From the NCBI GenBank assembly GCA_050295575.1, contig JBNKPX010000002.1, positions 1,817-65,816 of the forward strand: a DNA stretch of 64,000 nt. The letters are read 5' to 3'. The position numbers and the translations under genes are program-made. Shown here piece after piece: positions 37,898 to 47,051 of this stretch. Under the pieces are notes generated by a model. The model worked only from the letters and a program-made list of their open reading frames with translations. It did no database searches and was not told the DNA's origin. Every line of letters starts with the position of its first letter. Positions within the stretch are counted from its first letter, which is position 1. This DNA comes from Gammaproteobacteria bacterium. Lineage in GTDB: Bacteria > Pseudomonadota > Gammaproteobacteria > GCA-001735895.

Positions 37898-39235
37898 TTA
37901 AGATTGCCGGATAGCCCAGAATTCAAAAGTCAAGCCGGGAAAATCTCCACCTACGTGAATTGCGAATCCACCAGAGTGTTTTAACTCGTTCCAGAACTCA
38001 CTTTTCGGTTCAAGTTGAAAATAACAAAAGCCAGAATGATAGGGAATCTGTCTCGGCGCAACCGGCAGAGGCTTTAATCCTATACCAGGCATTGCAGCAT
38101 TAACCAGTTGCCTGATACGCTCAACGGGACCAATCTTTATCTGCGCTGGCAAGTGCATCCTTAACTGCTCTTCAGGAATATCAGCTTTTGCAGACAAGAT
38201 AAATACTGCACTACCTATCATTGAGCGGTCTCTAATTTCAGCAACACGGATGCCGTATTTTTTCTCCACCAGCTCAAGGGCGACGGCCTGCTGTTCCTGA
38301 ACTGTACTAAAACTATTTCTTAAAGCAGCCATCGAGGGTTCAAAACTGGCCTGTAAATCATCGTGCAGATACCCGGGGAATACCGGTGCACGCTTGTTTT
38401 TACTAACAAAAGTCGATAATTCACCCACCATCTGAACCATTTGGGCATACAGGTCGACTGGGTGTAAACCTTTAATATTTGACATATGTATCGCCAGAGG
38501 CTCAAACCGATTGAGCAATTGCAGCAACATATAGTCAGCTACTTCAGCGGTACCACCCCGGTTTGGGTCAGCCAGCCGAACTGCTATAGCTTCTGCACGA
38601 CTATGCAGCAAGCCTGTTAGCTCAGTGAGATAACTCTTTAACCTGGGAGAATATCTACAATCCAGAACGGGGGGAATATAGCTATCATCCAGCAATATAT
38701 TCTTATCATCACGTATCTCAGCAATACGAATTAAGCCTATGCAAACATAACCGCTTAGGTCATCACTGCCTAACAACAACCGAAGATTCAACTTTCCAAT
38801 ATCTATAGTTACAGATTCACCCGTATCAGTTGAAACATCCCTGATTTCATGCTCCATACTGCTAAAGCGCGCAAGGCTTTGAGCATTCTCATCAGAGGCG
38901 ACTTCCAGAGCCCCCTGACGTTTAACCGGTAATCCCAGATAAATAATAGTGTTATGCGTATTCTCAGGAATATCGATAACAGCCGGGGCAGCATCAATCG
39001 AAGGAAAGTTAAATGGCGTACCATCTGGTAGAACACCACGCCCGGAGAGCATTGAAACCTTGCCCAATTTCAGCATTTGCTGGTCAATTTCAAAGTCTTT
39101 CATGCCCCAGCTATAGGCATCAAGGGAAGAAAACTTACCGTCAATCAACGCCTCAAGATAACGTTCCTGCTGTTGAAAATGCTGTGGATTCAGAAACATT
39201 CCTTCTGACCAGACTACTTTATTATTTAATGACAT
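37898..39235 (-). CDS. tssK: T6SS baseplate protein TssK
   Basis: 445 aa. N-terminal KVVWSEGMFLNPQHFQQQERY signature. Confidence 0.92.
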   Translation of the reverse strand: MSLNNKVVWSEGMFLNPQHFQQQERYLEALIDGKFSSLDAYSWGMKDFEIDQQMLKLGKVSMLSGRGVLPDGTPFNFPSIDAAPAVIDIPENTHNTIIYLGLPVKRQGALEVASDENAQSLARFSSMEHEIRDVSTDTGESVTIDIGKLNLRLLLGSDDLSGYVCIGLIRIAEIRDDKNILLDDSYIPPVLDCRYSPRLKSYLTELTGLLHSRAEAIAVRLADPNRGGTAEVADYMLLQLLNRFEPLAIHMSNIKGLHPVDLYAQMVQMVGELSTFVSKNKRAPVFPGYLHDDLQASFEPSMAALRNSFSTVQEQQAVALELVEKKYGIRVAEIRDRSMIGSAVFILSAKADIPEEQLRMHLPAQIKIGPVERIRQLVNAAMPGIGLKPLPVAPRQIPYHSGFCYFQLEPKSEFWNELKHSGGFAIHVGGDFPGLTFEFWAIRQS

Positions 39236-39265
39236 TTGAAAGTCTTCTTATATTTAACAGTGAAC

Positions 39266-39793
39266 TTAGTTTGTAGAATTATGCTGCGGATCATCGGCAG
39301 GCGAATTAAACAATAGCTGGTTTCCAGAAACACGAATCTTGATAGAGTTTCTAAATACATTATTCGCAACCACTGGAAAGATCAGTTTAAATCTGGATTC
39401 TTTGAAATCAAAAAACTCAGCATACAGAGCAACATACTGGGTATCTTTATCTAGAACAAAGCTTTCTATTCTATTCTGCCCCGGTGTGAAGCGTTTTAGT
39501 TTGTGTGCCTCACCCACCATATCGGCCCCCAGAGCTTCTTTATCTTTTTCATAGATATCGATAAAGTCAGCCTTCTTCATCATTTTTTCAGATTTGAGTT
39601 CATACAAACGAATAAATAACGGTGAAGCGATACCTAATTCATCCTGATTAATATCAGAATCTACAATGAACTCAATTTTAAGATCGGTGTCCAGATCAAA
39701 GTACTCACCAACCAGACTTTTATTGCTCTGACACGCTGATAAGGTCGTAAGTAGTAATAAAACAACTACAGCCTGAGGTAATTTACTCCACAT
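39266..39793 (-). CDS. tssJ: T6SS outer-membrane lipoprotein TssJ
   Basis: The start at MWSKLPQAVVVLLLLTTLSAC gives a lipobox. About 175 aa, positioned between tagH and tssK. The longer ORF-track start (39994) would overlap tagH by about 190 nt. Confidence 0.72.
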   Translation of the reverse strand: MWSKLPQAVVVLLLLTTLSACQSNKSLVGEYFDLDTDLKIEFIVDSDINQDELGIASPLFIRLYELKSEKMMKKADFIDIYEKDKEALGADMVGEAHKLKRFTPGQNRIESFVLDKDTQYVALYAEFFDFKESRFKLIFPVVANNVFRNSIKIRVSGNQLLFNSPADDPQHNSTN

Positions 39794-39803
39794 ATTTTGC
39801 CCT

Positions 39804-41372
39804 TTAATTTTCATTAGTAAACTTTTTAGCTTTTCTACTGATTGATAGTTTATGTAACTGTTCTTCGTAAGCTCGAACAAATTTGTCGCCAAACAGATAC
39901 TGGAAAGAACTATCAATATCGCCCACCATTTCTTTGTAATATGCGACATAAGCGTCCCATTTTTTGGCTTTCTGGCTGCCAGGTAACAGGCCACCCTTTG
40001 TTTGTTGATTAAAACGCTCTTCTAATTGCTCTGGGTCAAATCGTTCGATTAACGAAGTAAATGCCTCTCGAATACCCGCCAAAACTGCCAGTTGATGTTC
40101 TGCAACGCCTTTAAAACCCTCTTCAACGGCTTCTACAGGCTTTTTAAAGGCATTACCTTTTTTGATAAACATATTCTCCAATGCATCATCAGTATTGGCA
40201 GAAAACTTAAGAGGATTATTCTCAACAGGCTGAATTGTAGTCACATTCATGCGAAATTCATTTTTTATAGCGCTTCTGGAACCCAGCACTTTCATCAGCC
40301 CTCCTACCATTTCACGCAACACTTCCCCGCCGAGTTTATTGATTTGAAAAATCTCATCATCTGTCAGTTTTTCAAAATTCAACCCTAGAGACTCAATAAA
40401 TGAAGTATCGACGGCTACTGAAGAGAAAGATGGCTGCTGAGAAGCCTGAGCAGCCTTTTTCTTTAACTCATTCAATTCTGCCTGGATTTTTGCATTCGCT
40501 TTTTCCAGCGATTTCTGGCGCTCGGAAACAGATTCTACTTCAGCAGTAGGTGTTGGGGGGAGTTCTCTGGAGGCAGATTGCCTTCTTCCAGCCGGATTTG
40601 GTTTAGCTTCAGAGGGCTCAACAGGTGGTAAAGGCTGTTGTAGAGAGTCATTCCCGCTCGCAGCAAAGTCATCATCCCAGTCATCAGGTATTCCACCTAC
40701 AACCGGAGTCTCCGGTTCTAGCACTGGGGACGGCCAGTCAATCTGCTGATTCATGGGGTCAGATCCATCAGAATATGAGGCTGAAGCGAATGGGTCATAA
40801 CTATCTTCGGGAATATCCGCCACAGGGCTGTCTGGAGCAATTGAAGCCTTATCCAGTGCCGCAAGTGGGTCAACACCACCTTCTTCTTCAATAAACAATG
40901 ACTCTTTTGTAAAAACCTGCCCCGATGGAAATGGATGGGAGTCAAAATCATCAAACCCGGCACTGGAAGATGATGCAAAAGGATCATCCGAGCTATCACC
41001 AAATGGGCCAGGTGAAGCGATATCATCCATATTATCAAACGCTACAGGGCTGGCTTCCAGTTGAATTGAAAATTCGTAGTCACCAATAACAAACGTATCA
41101 TGATCCTTGACAGATAAGCGGGTGCCTTTACCCATCGGATCCATAGAACCATTGTAAAAGGTTCCGTTAGTACTTTGATCTATAAGATAAAACTGTCCAT
41201 TCTCGCAAATAAACTGGCAATGAACCGATGACAGATAACGCTCTGGGTCTTCTAGAACCAGGTCATTATTATCCCCTCGCCCAATAGAACCGCCCTGATT
41301 GCCGAACGATATCGAAGACTGTGACATCTCTACCGTTTCAGGGGCTTTTAACATTTTGATTACTAAAGACAT
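39804..41372 (-). CDS. tagH: T6SS FHA-domain protein (Fha/TagH)
   Basis: N-terminal FHA domain (GRGDNNDLVLEDPERYLSSVHCQF...NGTFYNG). Acidic/Pro-rich linker. C-terminal TagH-type domain. Confidence 0.9.
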   Translation of the reverse strand: MSLVIKMLKAPETVEMSQSSISFGNQGGSIGRGDNNDLVLEDPERYLSSVHCQFICENGQFYLIDQSTNGTFYNGSMDPMGKGTRLSVKDHDTFVIGDYEFSIQLEASPVAFDNMDDIASPGPFGDSSDDPFASSSSAGFDDFDSHPFPSGQVFTKESLFIEEEGGVDPLAALDKASIAPDSPVADIPEDSYDPFASASYSDGSDPMNQQIDWPSPVLEPETPVVGGIPDDWDDDFAASGNDSLQQPLPPVEPSEAKPNPAGRRQSASRELPPTPTAEVESVSERQKSLEKANAKIQAELNELKKKAAQASQQPSFSSVAVDTSFIESLGLNFEKLTDDEIFQINKLGGEVLREMVGGLMKVLGSRSAIKNEFRMNVTTIQPVENNPLKFSANTDDALENMFIKKGNAFKKPVEAVEEGFKGVAEHQLAVLAGIREAFTSLIERFDPEQLEERFNQQTKGGLLPGSQKAKKWDAYVAYYKEMVGDIDSSFQYLFGDKFVRAYEEQLHKLSISRKAKKFTNEN

Positions 41373-41662
41373 TAATCGATCATCCTGATTATTATTTACA
41401 CCTGTTTTTCCTTATTCTTTTAATTCAGACTTCAAATTAACTTTTGATTAGTCAGGTTAAAATAGCTAAGTTAAACTAAATAGCGCATACATATAAAGAG
41501 TACCGCTTAACTCTTCAAGGGTTAAATATACTTATTCAAACCGTTGATAATGATAGTTTAATACAGCGCAACAGCTATATTCCATAACTATATTTTAAGA
41601 TCATTACCTAAGATCCAAAATCCAGTAAACTTTTAACACCTGCTTGATATAATTATTCAATC

Positions 41663-41684
41663 TGGCAATTCTTATAGCTTGCCA
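41663..41684. promoter_or_regulatory. dyad-symmetric candidate operator TGGCAA-N10-TTGCCA in the divergent T6SS promoter region
   Basis: Perfect 6-bp inverted half-sites at 41663-41668 and 41679-41684, about 130 bp upstream of tssA, inside the 440-bp AT-rich tagH/tssA intergenic region. Confidence 0.3.
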
Positions 41685-41812
41685 AAGCTGAATAATATCA
41701 TCATGCTTTACATGTTGAATACAATACCTTATAAATAAGCTAAATTGAATGATCAACCGTTCTACATATCCACTATTCATGGTTAGACAAAACCCTGAAG
41801 GAACAGAAATTA

Positions 41813-42928
41813 ATGTCATCCGAACAAATTATACCACTTGAACAACTGCTTGAACCTATCTCTGCTGACAATCCAGTTGGCAGTGATATACGTGATAATC
41901 CATCACCTACTTCACCCTATTACTCCATCAAAGATGCTCGTAATGCTGCCAGAGCAGCTGAACGTAATAACATGTTTGATAGCGATAGTACTGAAGCTGA
42001 CACGCATTGGCGCAAAATACTGGAGCTTGCTCCCGACATTCTTCATGATCAGTCTAAAGACCTTGAAATAGCCAGTTGGTATGTTGAAGCTCTGGTGCGT
42101 CGCTATGGTTTTCAGGGCTTACGTGATGGATTTAAACTCATTCATGGGCTGATAGAGAATTTCTGGAATGATCTCTACCCCCTGCCCGATGAAGATGGAA
42201 TAGAGACTCGAGTCGCACCGCTTACCGGGCTTAATGGTGAAGGTGCAGAAGGTGTTCTAATAGCCCCCATACGCAACATTGACATAACTCAGGGGGCTTC
42301 TTGCGGTCCCTACAATTACTGGATGTATCAACAGGCTCTTGACGTCGAAAAAATACTTGATGAAGAGAGCAAACGCGAAAAAGCCTCCAAACTTGGCTTC
42401 AGTAATGAAGATGTTGAACGCGCAGTATCTGAATCCAGTGAACAGTTTTATATTGATCTGATCGAAGATACTGAACAGGCCATTGAAACATATCGCGAAA
42501 TAAGTCGAACTCTGGATGAGTTTTGCGGCCTCAATGATTCCCCCCCGACCAGTAACATTATCAATATACTCACTGACTGCCTGGGCGCAATCAAACATAT
42601 AGGCAAGTATAAAATCCCGCAAGACACTGAAGAAGAAGAGGACGATACCCCCTCAGATATGGATACGGAGACATCAACGGGACAACAGGCCGTAACTCAA
42701 CAATCCTCTAAAGGAGTCCAGTCTCGTGCGGATGCTTTCAAAAAACTCATTGAAATATCTGATTTTTTCCGTAAAACTGAGCCCCATTCTCCTATCCCTT
42801 ACATTCTTGAACGGGCCGTTAGATGGGGAGATATGCCGCTTGACGAACTAATCAGAGAATTGATACCTGATTCATCTGCCAGAGATTTCTATGGTTCTTT
42901 AACCGGAATTAGAACCGATGATGATTAA
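41813..42928 (+). CDS. tssA: T6SS protein TssA (ImpA N-terminal family)
   Basis: LLEPISADNPVGSDIRDNP...YYSIKDARNAAR ImpA_N signature. C-terminal PHSPIPYILERAVRWGDMPL. Confidence 0.88.
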   Translation: MSSEQIIPLEQLLEPISADNPVGSDIRDNPSPTSPYYSIKDARNAARAAERNNMFDSDSTEADTHWRKILELAPDILHDQSKDLEIASWYVEALVRRYGFQGLRDGFKLIHGLIENFWNDLYPLPDEDGIETRVAPLTGLNGEGAEGVLIAPIRNIDITQGASCGPYNYWMYQQALDVEKILDEESKREKASKLGFSNEDVERAVSESSEQFYIDLIEDTEQAIETYREISRTLDEFCGLNDSPPTSNIINILTDCLGAIKHIGKYKIPQDTEEEEDDTPSDMDTETSTGQQAVTQQSSKGVQSRADAFKKLIEISDFFRKTEPHSPIPYILERAVRWGDMPLDELIRELIPDSSARDFYGSLTGIRTDDD

Positions 42929-42972
42929 ACACACTGTAACCAATTTAAACCCGATCATAACGAGGAAAAACC

Positions 42973-43494
42973 ATGTCTGATAGTATTCATGACAAACTTA
43001 AAAGAGTCAGAAAACCCCGCGTACACATCACCTATGATGTGGAAACTAATGGAGCATTACAAGAGAAAGAATTGCCTTTTGTTATGGGTGTAATGGGTGA
43101 CTACTCCGGCGACAATACAGAAAACAAAAAGGCTCTTAAGGATCGTAAATTTTCTCAGATCGATCGTGATAACTTTAATGAAGTGATGAATAATGTTTCA
43201 CCAACGGTTGACATGAAGGTTGAAAACACACTAGAAGCTGATGGCAGTGAAATACCGGTTAGCCTCGACTTCAAAAGTATGGAAGACTTTGAGCCGCAAA
43301 ACATCGTCAACAAAGTTGACCCACTTAAAAAGCTGATGGAGACCCGAAATAAATTACGCGATCTTCTCACAAAAGCAGATCGCTCTGAAGAACTGGAAAA
43401 TATTCTCGAAGAAGTACTCAGCAGTACAGATGCTCTGGCTTCTTTGCAGGGTGAACTAGGTACAGATGAAGAAAAAAAAGAGGGTGATGAATAA
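42973..43494 (+). CDS. tssB: T6SS contractile sheath small subunit TssB (VipA)
   Basis: [32 protein letters not shown] signature. Confidence 0.95.
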   Translation: MSDSIHDKLKRVRKPRVHITYDVETNGALQEKELPFVMGVMGDYSGDNTENKKALKDRKFSQIDRDNFNEVMNNVSPTVDMKVENTLEADGSEIPVSLDFKSMEDFEPQNIVNKVDPLKKLMETRNKLRDLLTKADRSEELENILEEVLSSTDALASLQGELGTDEEKKEGDE

Positions 43495-44984
43495 TGAGTG
43501 AAACAGAAAGTCAAGCGGCCGAGCAGGATGCTGAAGTTGTAGAGCAGGCCAGTTTTCTGGAACAGGCTATCTCAGCTACCAAACAGACTTCTCGCGATGA
43601 AACCGAAGAGCTGCTGAAAACGTTAACCCGTGAAGCAATGGATGGCACGGTAAAATGGGATAAAAACCTGTCGGTAACCATCAACAATGCAATTTCAAAA
43701 ATTGATCAGGTATTGTCCAAACAGTTATCCGCCATCATGCAACATGAAAAATTTCAGAAACTGGAAGGCTCATGGCGCGGTTTACATCATTTGATATCGA
43801 ATTCTGAGACCAGTAGCGGTCTGAAAATTCGCATGCTAAATATCAGTAAAAAAGAACTTACCAAGGACCTGGAAAAGGCTGTTGAGTTTGATCAAAGTCA
43901 AATCTTTAAAAAGATTTACGAAAGTGAGTTCGGCACAGCGGGTGGTGAACCCTATGCTGCATTGATCGGAGACTATGAATTTACCAATCATCCTGACGAC
44001 CTGGATATGCTGACCAGCATGTCAAATGTTGCCGCCGCTGGTTTCTGCCCGTTTATTTCAGCAGCTGACCCTAAGATGTTTGGTTTTGACAGCTTCACCG
44101 AGCTATCCAAGCCTCGTGATCTTGAAAAAATATTTGACTCTGCTGAATACGTTAAATGGCGTAGCTTCCGTGACAGCGAAGACTCCCGCTTCGTAACCTT
44201 AACCATGCCTCGTGTACTGGCACGTCTGCCTTACGGTACTGACACCAAACCTGTAGAGGAATTCAATTTTGAAGAAGCAAGGCTGGATGAATCCGGTCGC
44301 CAGCTTGAAAGTGAGCACGACGAATATTGCTGGATGAATGCCGCGTATGCCATGGGCACCACATTAACCCAGTCTTATGCAGAATACGGCTGGTGCACCA
44401 GTATTCGAGGCGCTGAAGGTGGCGGTAAGGTCCAGGGTTTACCCAGTCATACCTTTATCAGTGACGATGGTGATAGTGACCAGAAATGTCCAACAGAGAT
44501 TGGCATCACCGATCGTCGTGAAGCTGAATTAAGCAAACTAGGGTTCCTGCCTCTATGTCATTACAAAAATACCGACTATGCGGTGTTTTTTGGCGCGCAG
44601 ACCACGCAAAAACCTAAAAAGTTTAATGACCCTGCTGCAACAGCAAACGCAGAAATTTCTGCACGCCTGCCCTACATCATGGCTACATCACGTATTGCTC
44701 ATTTCCTCAAGGTTATGGCTCGCGATAAGATCGGTTCCTTCATGGAAGCCAGCGATGCGGAAGAATGGTTAAACAACTGGATTGCCGGCTATGTCAATGC
44801 AAGCCCAGGTGCCAGCGCCGAGATGAAAGCCAGGTTCCCACTTGCTGAGGCCAGCATAGAGGTTAAAGAAGTACCAGGCCAACCTGGTGTTTTCAGTGCC
44901 ATCGCTTATATGCGTCCATGGCTGCAAATGGAAGAACTCAGTGCTTCCATGCGTATGGTAGCCAGTATTCCCAAAGCAGGGTAA
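43494..44984 (+). CDS. tssC: T6SS contractile sheath large subunit TssC (VipB)
   Basis: 496 aa. [26 protein letters not shown] and [14 protein letters not shown] motifs. 1-nt overlap with the tssB stop. Confidence 0.96.
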   Translation: MSETESQAAEQDAEVVEQASFLEQAISATKQTSRDETEELLKTLTREAMDGTVKWDKNLSVTINNAISKIDQVLSKQLSAIMQHEKFQKLEGSWRGLHHLISNSETSSGLKIRMLNISKKELTKDLEKAVEFDQSQIFKKIYESEFGTAGGEPYAALIGDYEFTNHPDDLDMLTSMSNVAAAGFCPFISAADPKMFGFDSFTELSKPRDLEKIFDSAEYVKWRSFRDSEDSRFVTLTMPRVLARLPYGTDTKPVEEFNFEEARLDESGRQLESEHDEYCWMNAAYAMGTTLTQSYAEYGWCTSIRGAEGGGKVQGLPSHTFISDDGDSDQKCPTEIGITDRREAELSKLGFLPLCHYKNTDYAVFFGAQTTQKPKKFNDPAATANAEISARLPYIMATSRIAHFLKVMARDKIGSFMEASDAEEWLNNWIAGYVNASPGASAEMKARFPLAEASIEVKEVPGQPGVFSAIAYMRPWLQMEELSASMRMVASIPKAG

Positions 44985-44999
44985 ATAAACTTGTTTAAA

Positions 45000-45028
45000 C
45001 CACCTCTTACCACAAGAGGTGGTTTTTT
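45000..45028 (+). terminator. strong intrinsic terminator/attenuator between tssC and its paralogue
   Basis: CCACCTCTT-ACCAC-AAGAGGTGG perfect 9-bp stem followed by TTTTTT and preceded by AAA. Lies 16 nt after the tssC stop. Confidence 0.75.
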
Positions 45029-45045
45029 ACCCAAGTTCGAGAAAA

Positions 45046-46536
45046 ATGCAGTCTACTACTATCGACTCAATTAACCTGGATGAGCTCTATTCAAGATCGC
45101 CCTATATTACTGGAGTTAATCCATTTTTAGAGGAACAGGATCCAGTTAAGGCACTCGCTTTCTGGTTAACCGAGTTTGTACCTGCTCAGTGTGTACATGA
45201 TGTAGAAGATATAATTCCATCCATCCAGAGATCAATTGCTGACCTGGACGAAATGATCAATGATCAGGTGAATGAAATCATTCACCACCCCAAATTTCAA
45301 AAACTGGAAGCCTCCTGGCGAGGATTATGGTATCTGGCCGTACAGGCGGATGGCGCTAAACAGATTAAACTGAAAGTACTGGATATAAACTGGAGAGAGG
45401 TGTCGCGCGACATTTCCAGAGCGCTTGAATTTGATCAAAGCCAGTTATTTAAGAAAATATACAGTGAAGAGTATGGCACTCCCGGCGGCGAACCCTATGG
45501 CGTCATTATAGGTGATTATGAGATCAGCCATAAAACCTCACACAGCCATCGCTATAACGACCTGGAAACGCTGGATGGTCTTGCGCAGGTTGCAGCCGCT
45601 TCATTTGCCCCTTTTATCACCGGCGCAGCCCCTGAGTTATTTGGCCTGGACGATTTTTCCACTCTGGGAAACCCGATAAACCTACATGCCGTCTTTGCAC
45701 AAAAAGAATACATAAAATGGCGCGCCCTACGCGATAAAGCTGATTCACAATTTGTTGGCCTTACCTTACCCCATATTCTGATGCGCCTGCCTTATCGAAA
45801 AACACCGGGTAGCTATAAAGGGCTGTTTTTTTACGAAAAATTCGCCAGCAAGGGCCGAGAAAATTACTGCTGGGGCAACGCCGCTTATGGTTTCGCTGGC
45901 ATACTGCTACGTGAATTCATCAATGTAGGATGGTTCGGACATATTCGAGGCGTCCCACGCAATCAAATCGGTGGCGGCCTGATATCATCCCTGCCCTGTG
46001 ACTGCTTTGAAACGGATGCAGAGGATATTGCGCATAAACCACTAACCGATGTCATCATAACGGATACCAGAGAAAGAGAGTTAAGTGAGCTTGGGCTGAT
46101 ATCACTTTGTCAATGCTACGATCTTCCCTTAGCCGCTTTTTACAGCAATCAATCGTTGCACAGGCCTGCGAGATCAAGCACCAAAGAAGGCAATATCAAT
46201 GCACGCCTGTCAGCAATGTTACAACACGTATTATGCGGATCACGGATTGCACACTATATTAAGGTCATTATCCGCGATAAGGTCGGCTCCTTTATTACGG
46301 CTGAAGAATGTGAAGACTTATTGCGTGAATGGTTATTTAAATATACCACCGGACGCGAAGACCTGGATTGGGAAGAACAGGCGCGCTACCCACTTCGAGA
46401 AGCTGCAGTCGAAGTAAAAGATCACCCTGAAAAACCCGGTGATTACGTCTGCATTATGCAATTACGCCCGCACTATCAGCTAGACCATATGGTCTCTGAA
46501 CTGGAGCTGGTTACCGAACTGGCACAATCAGCCTGA
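45046..46536 (+). CDS. tssC: second TssC-family sheath protein (ImpD/TssC40-like paralogue)
   Basis: Same conserved blocks as the upstream TssC (KFQKLEASWRGLWYL, FDQSQLFKKIY, GGEPYGVIIGDYEI) but clearly divergent. The ATG at 45046 is preferred because the track start 45019 lies inside the terminator hairpin. Confidence 0.9.
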   Translation: MQSTTIDSINLDELYSRSPYITGVNPFLEEQDPVKALAFWLTEFVPAQCVHDVEDIIPSIQRSIADLDEMINDQVNEIIHHPKFQKLEASWRGLWYLAVQADGAKQIKLKVLDINWREVSRDISRALEFDQSQLFKKIYSEEYGTPGGEPYGVIIGDYEISHKTSHSHRYNDLETLDGLAQVAAASFAPFITGAAPELFGLDDFSTLGNPINLHAVFAQKEYIKWRALRDKADSQFVGLTLPHILMRLPYRKTPGSYKGLFFYEKFASKGRENYCWGNAAYGFAGILLREFINVGWFGHIRGVPRNQIGGGLISSLPCDCFETDAEDIAHKPLTDVIITDTRERELSELGLISLCQCYDLPLAAFYSNQSLHRPARSSTKEGNINARLSAMLQHVLCGSRIAHYIKVIIRDKVGSFITAEECEDLLREWLFKYTTGREDLDWEEQARYPLREAAVEVKDHPEKPGDYVCIMQLRPHYQLDHMVSELELVTELAQSA

Positions 46537-46553
46537 ACTATCACAATACGGAT

Positions 46554-47051
46554 ATGGCAAGAATCGACAAAAAGAAAAAACTACGCCCTTCGATACTGGA
46601 TCGCTTGCTTGATAATGACCCGGGTAATGCTCTGGAAGTAGATAGCGGCCAACATCAAAAGCTGAAGGAACTCAGAAATAGTGTCAGGCGAGATCTGGAG
46701 AACCTGTTGAATACCCGCCTGCGCATCCTGGAGCCAGATGATGAATTCACCGAATTGAAAAAGTCCCTACTTATCTATGGATTACCAGACCTTGCTACAG
46801 TAAATATCATCGACAAGGTGAGCAGAAAAAAATTTGTTACCCAACTGGAAAACCTGTTGATCGAATTTGAGCCCCGGTTTAAATCAGTAAACGTCAATTA
46901 TCTGGAAAACTCAAACGCACTTGACCGCACCCTGCGTTTCAGGATTGATGCCCTGTTATACGCAGACCCCTCACCCGAAGTCATCATATTCGATTCAGTG
47001 CTTGAACCCGTTTCACGCACGGTAAATGTTGAGGAGGCTAACCATGCCTGA
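46554..47051 (+). CDS. tssE: T6SS baseplate protein TssE (gp25-like)
   Basis: 165 aa. SILDRLLDNDP...VRRDLENLLNTR GPW/gp25 signature. Confidence 0.9.
   Translation: MARIDKKKKLRPSILDRLLDNDPGNALEVDSGQHQKLKELRNSVRRDLENLLNTRLRILEPDDEFTELKKSLLIYGLPDLATVNIIDKVSRKKFVTQLENLLIEFEPRFKSVNVNYLENSNALDRTLRFRIDALLYADPSPEVIIFDSVLEPVSRTVNVEEANHA

Noticed and set aside
39794-39994. Long form of tssJ ORF (start 39994) and of tssL (start 37926)
   Set aside because: The long starts overlap the preceding genes by about 190 nt and 29 nt, and place the lipoprotein signal peptide or the conserved DotU N-terminus internally. Internal ATGs at 39793 and 37854 fit better.
41663-41682. Possible sigma-54 promoter (TGGCAA ... 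TTGC) upstream of tssA, as in VasH-dependent T6SS loci
   Set aside because: The GG and GC elements are in the wrong register. TGGCAA-N10-TTGC has 10 nt where 5 are needed, and the alternative AGC is off by one. No bEBP is encoded in the locus. I kept it only as a dyad-symmetric candidate operator.
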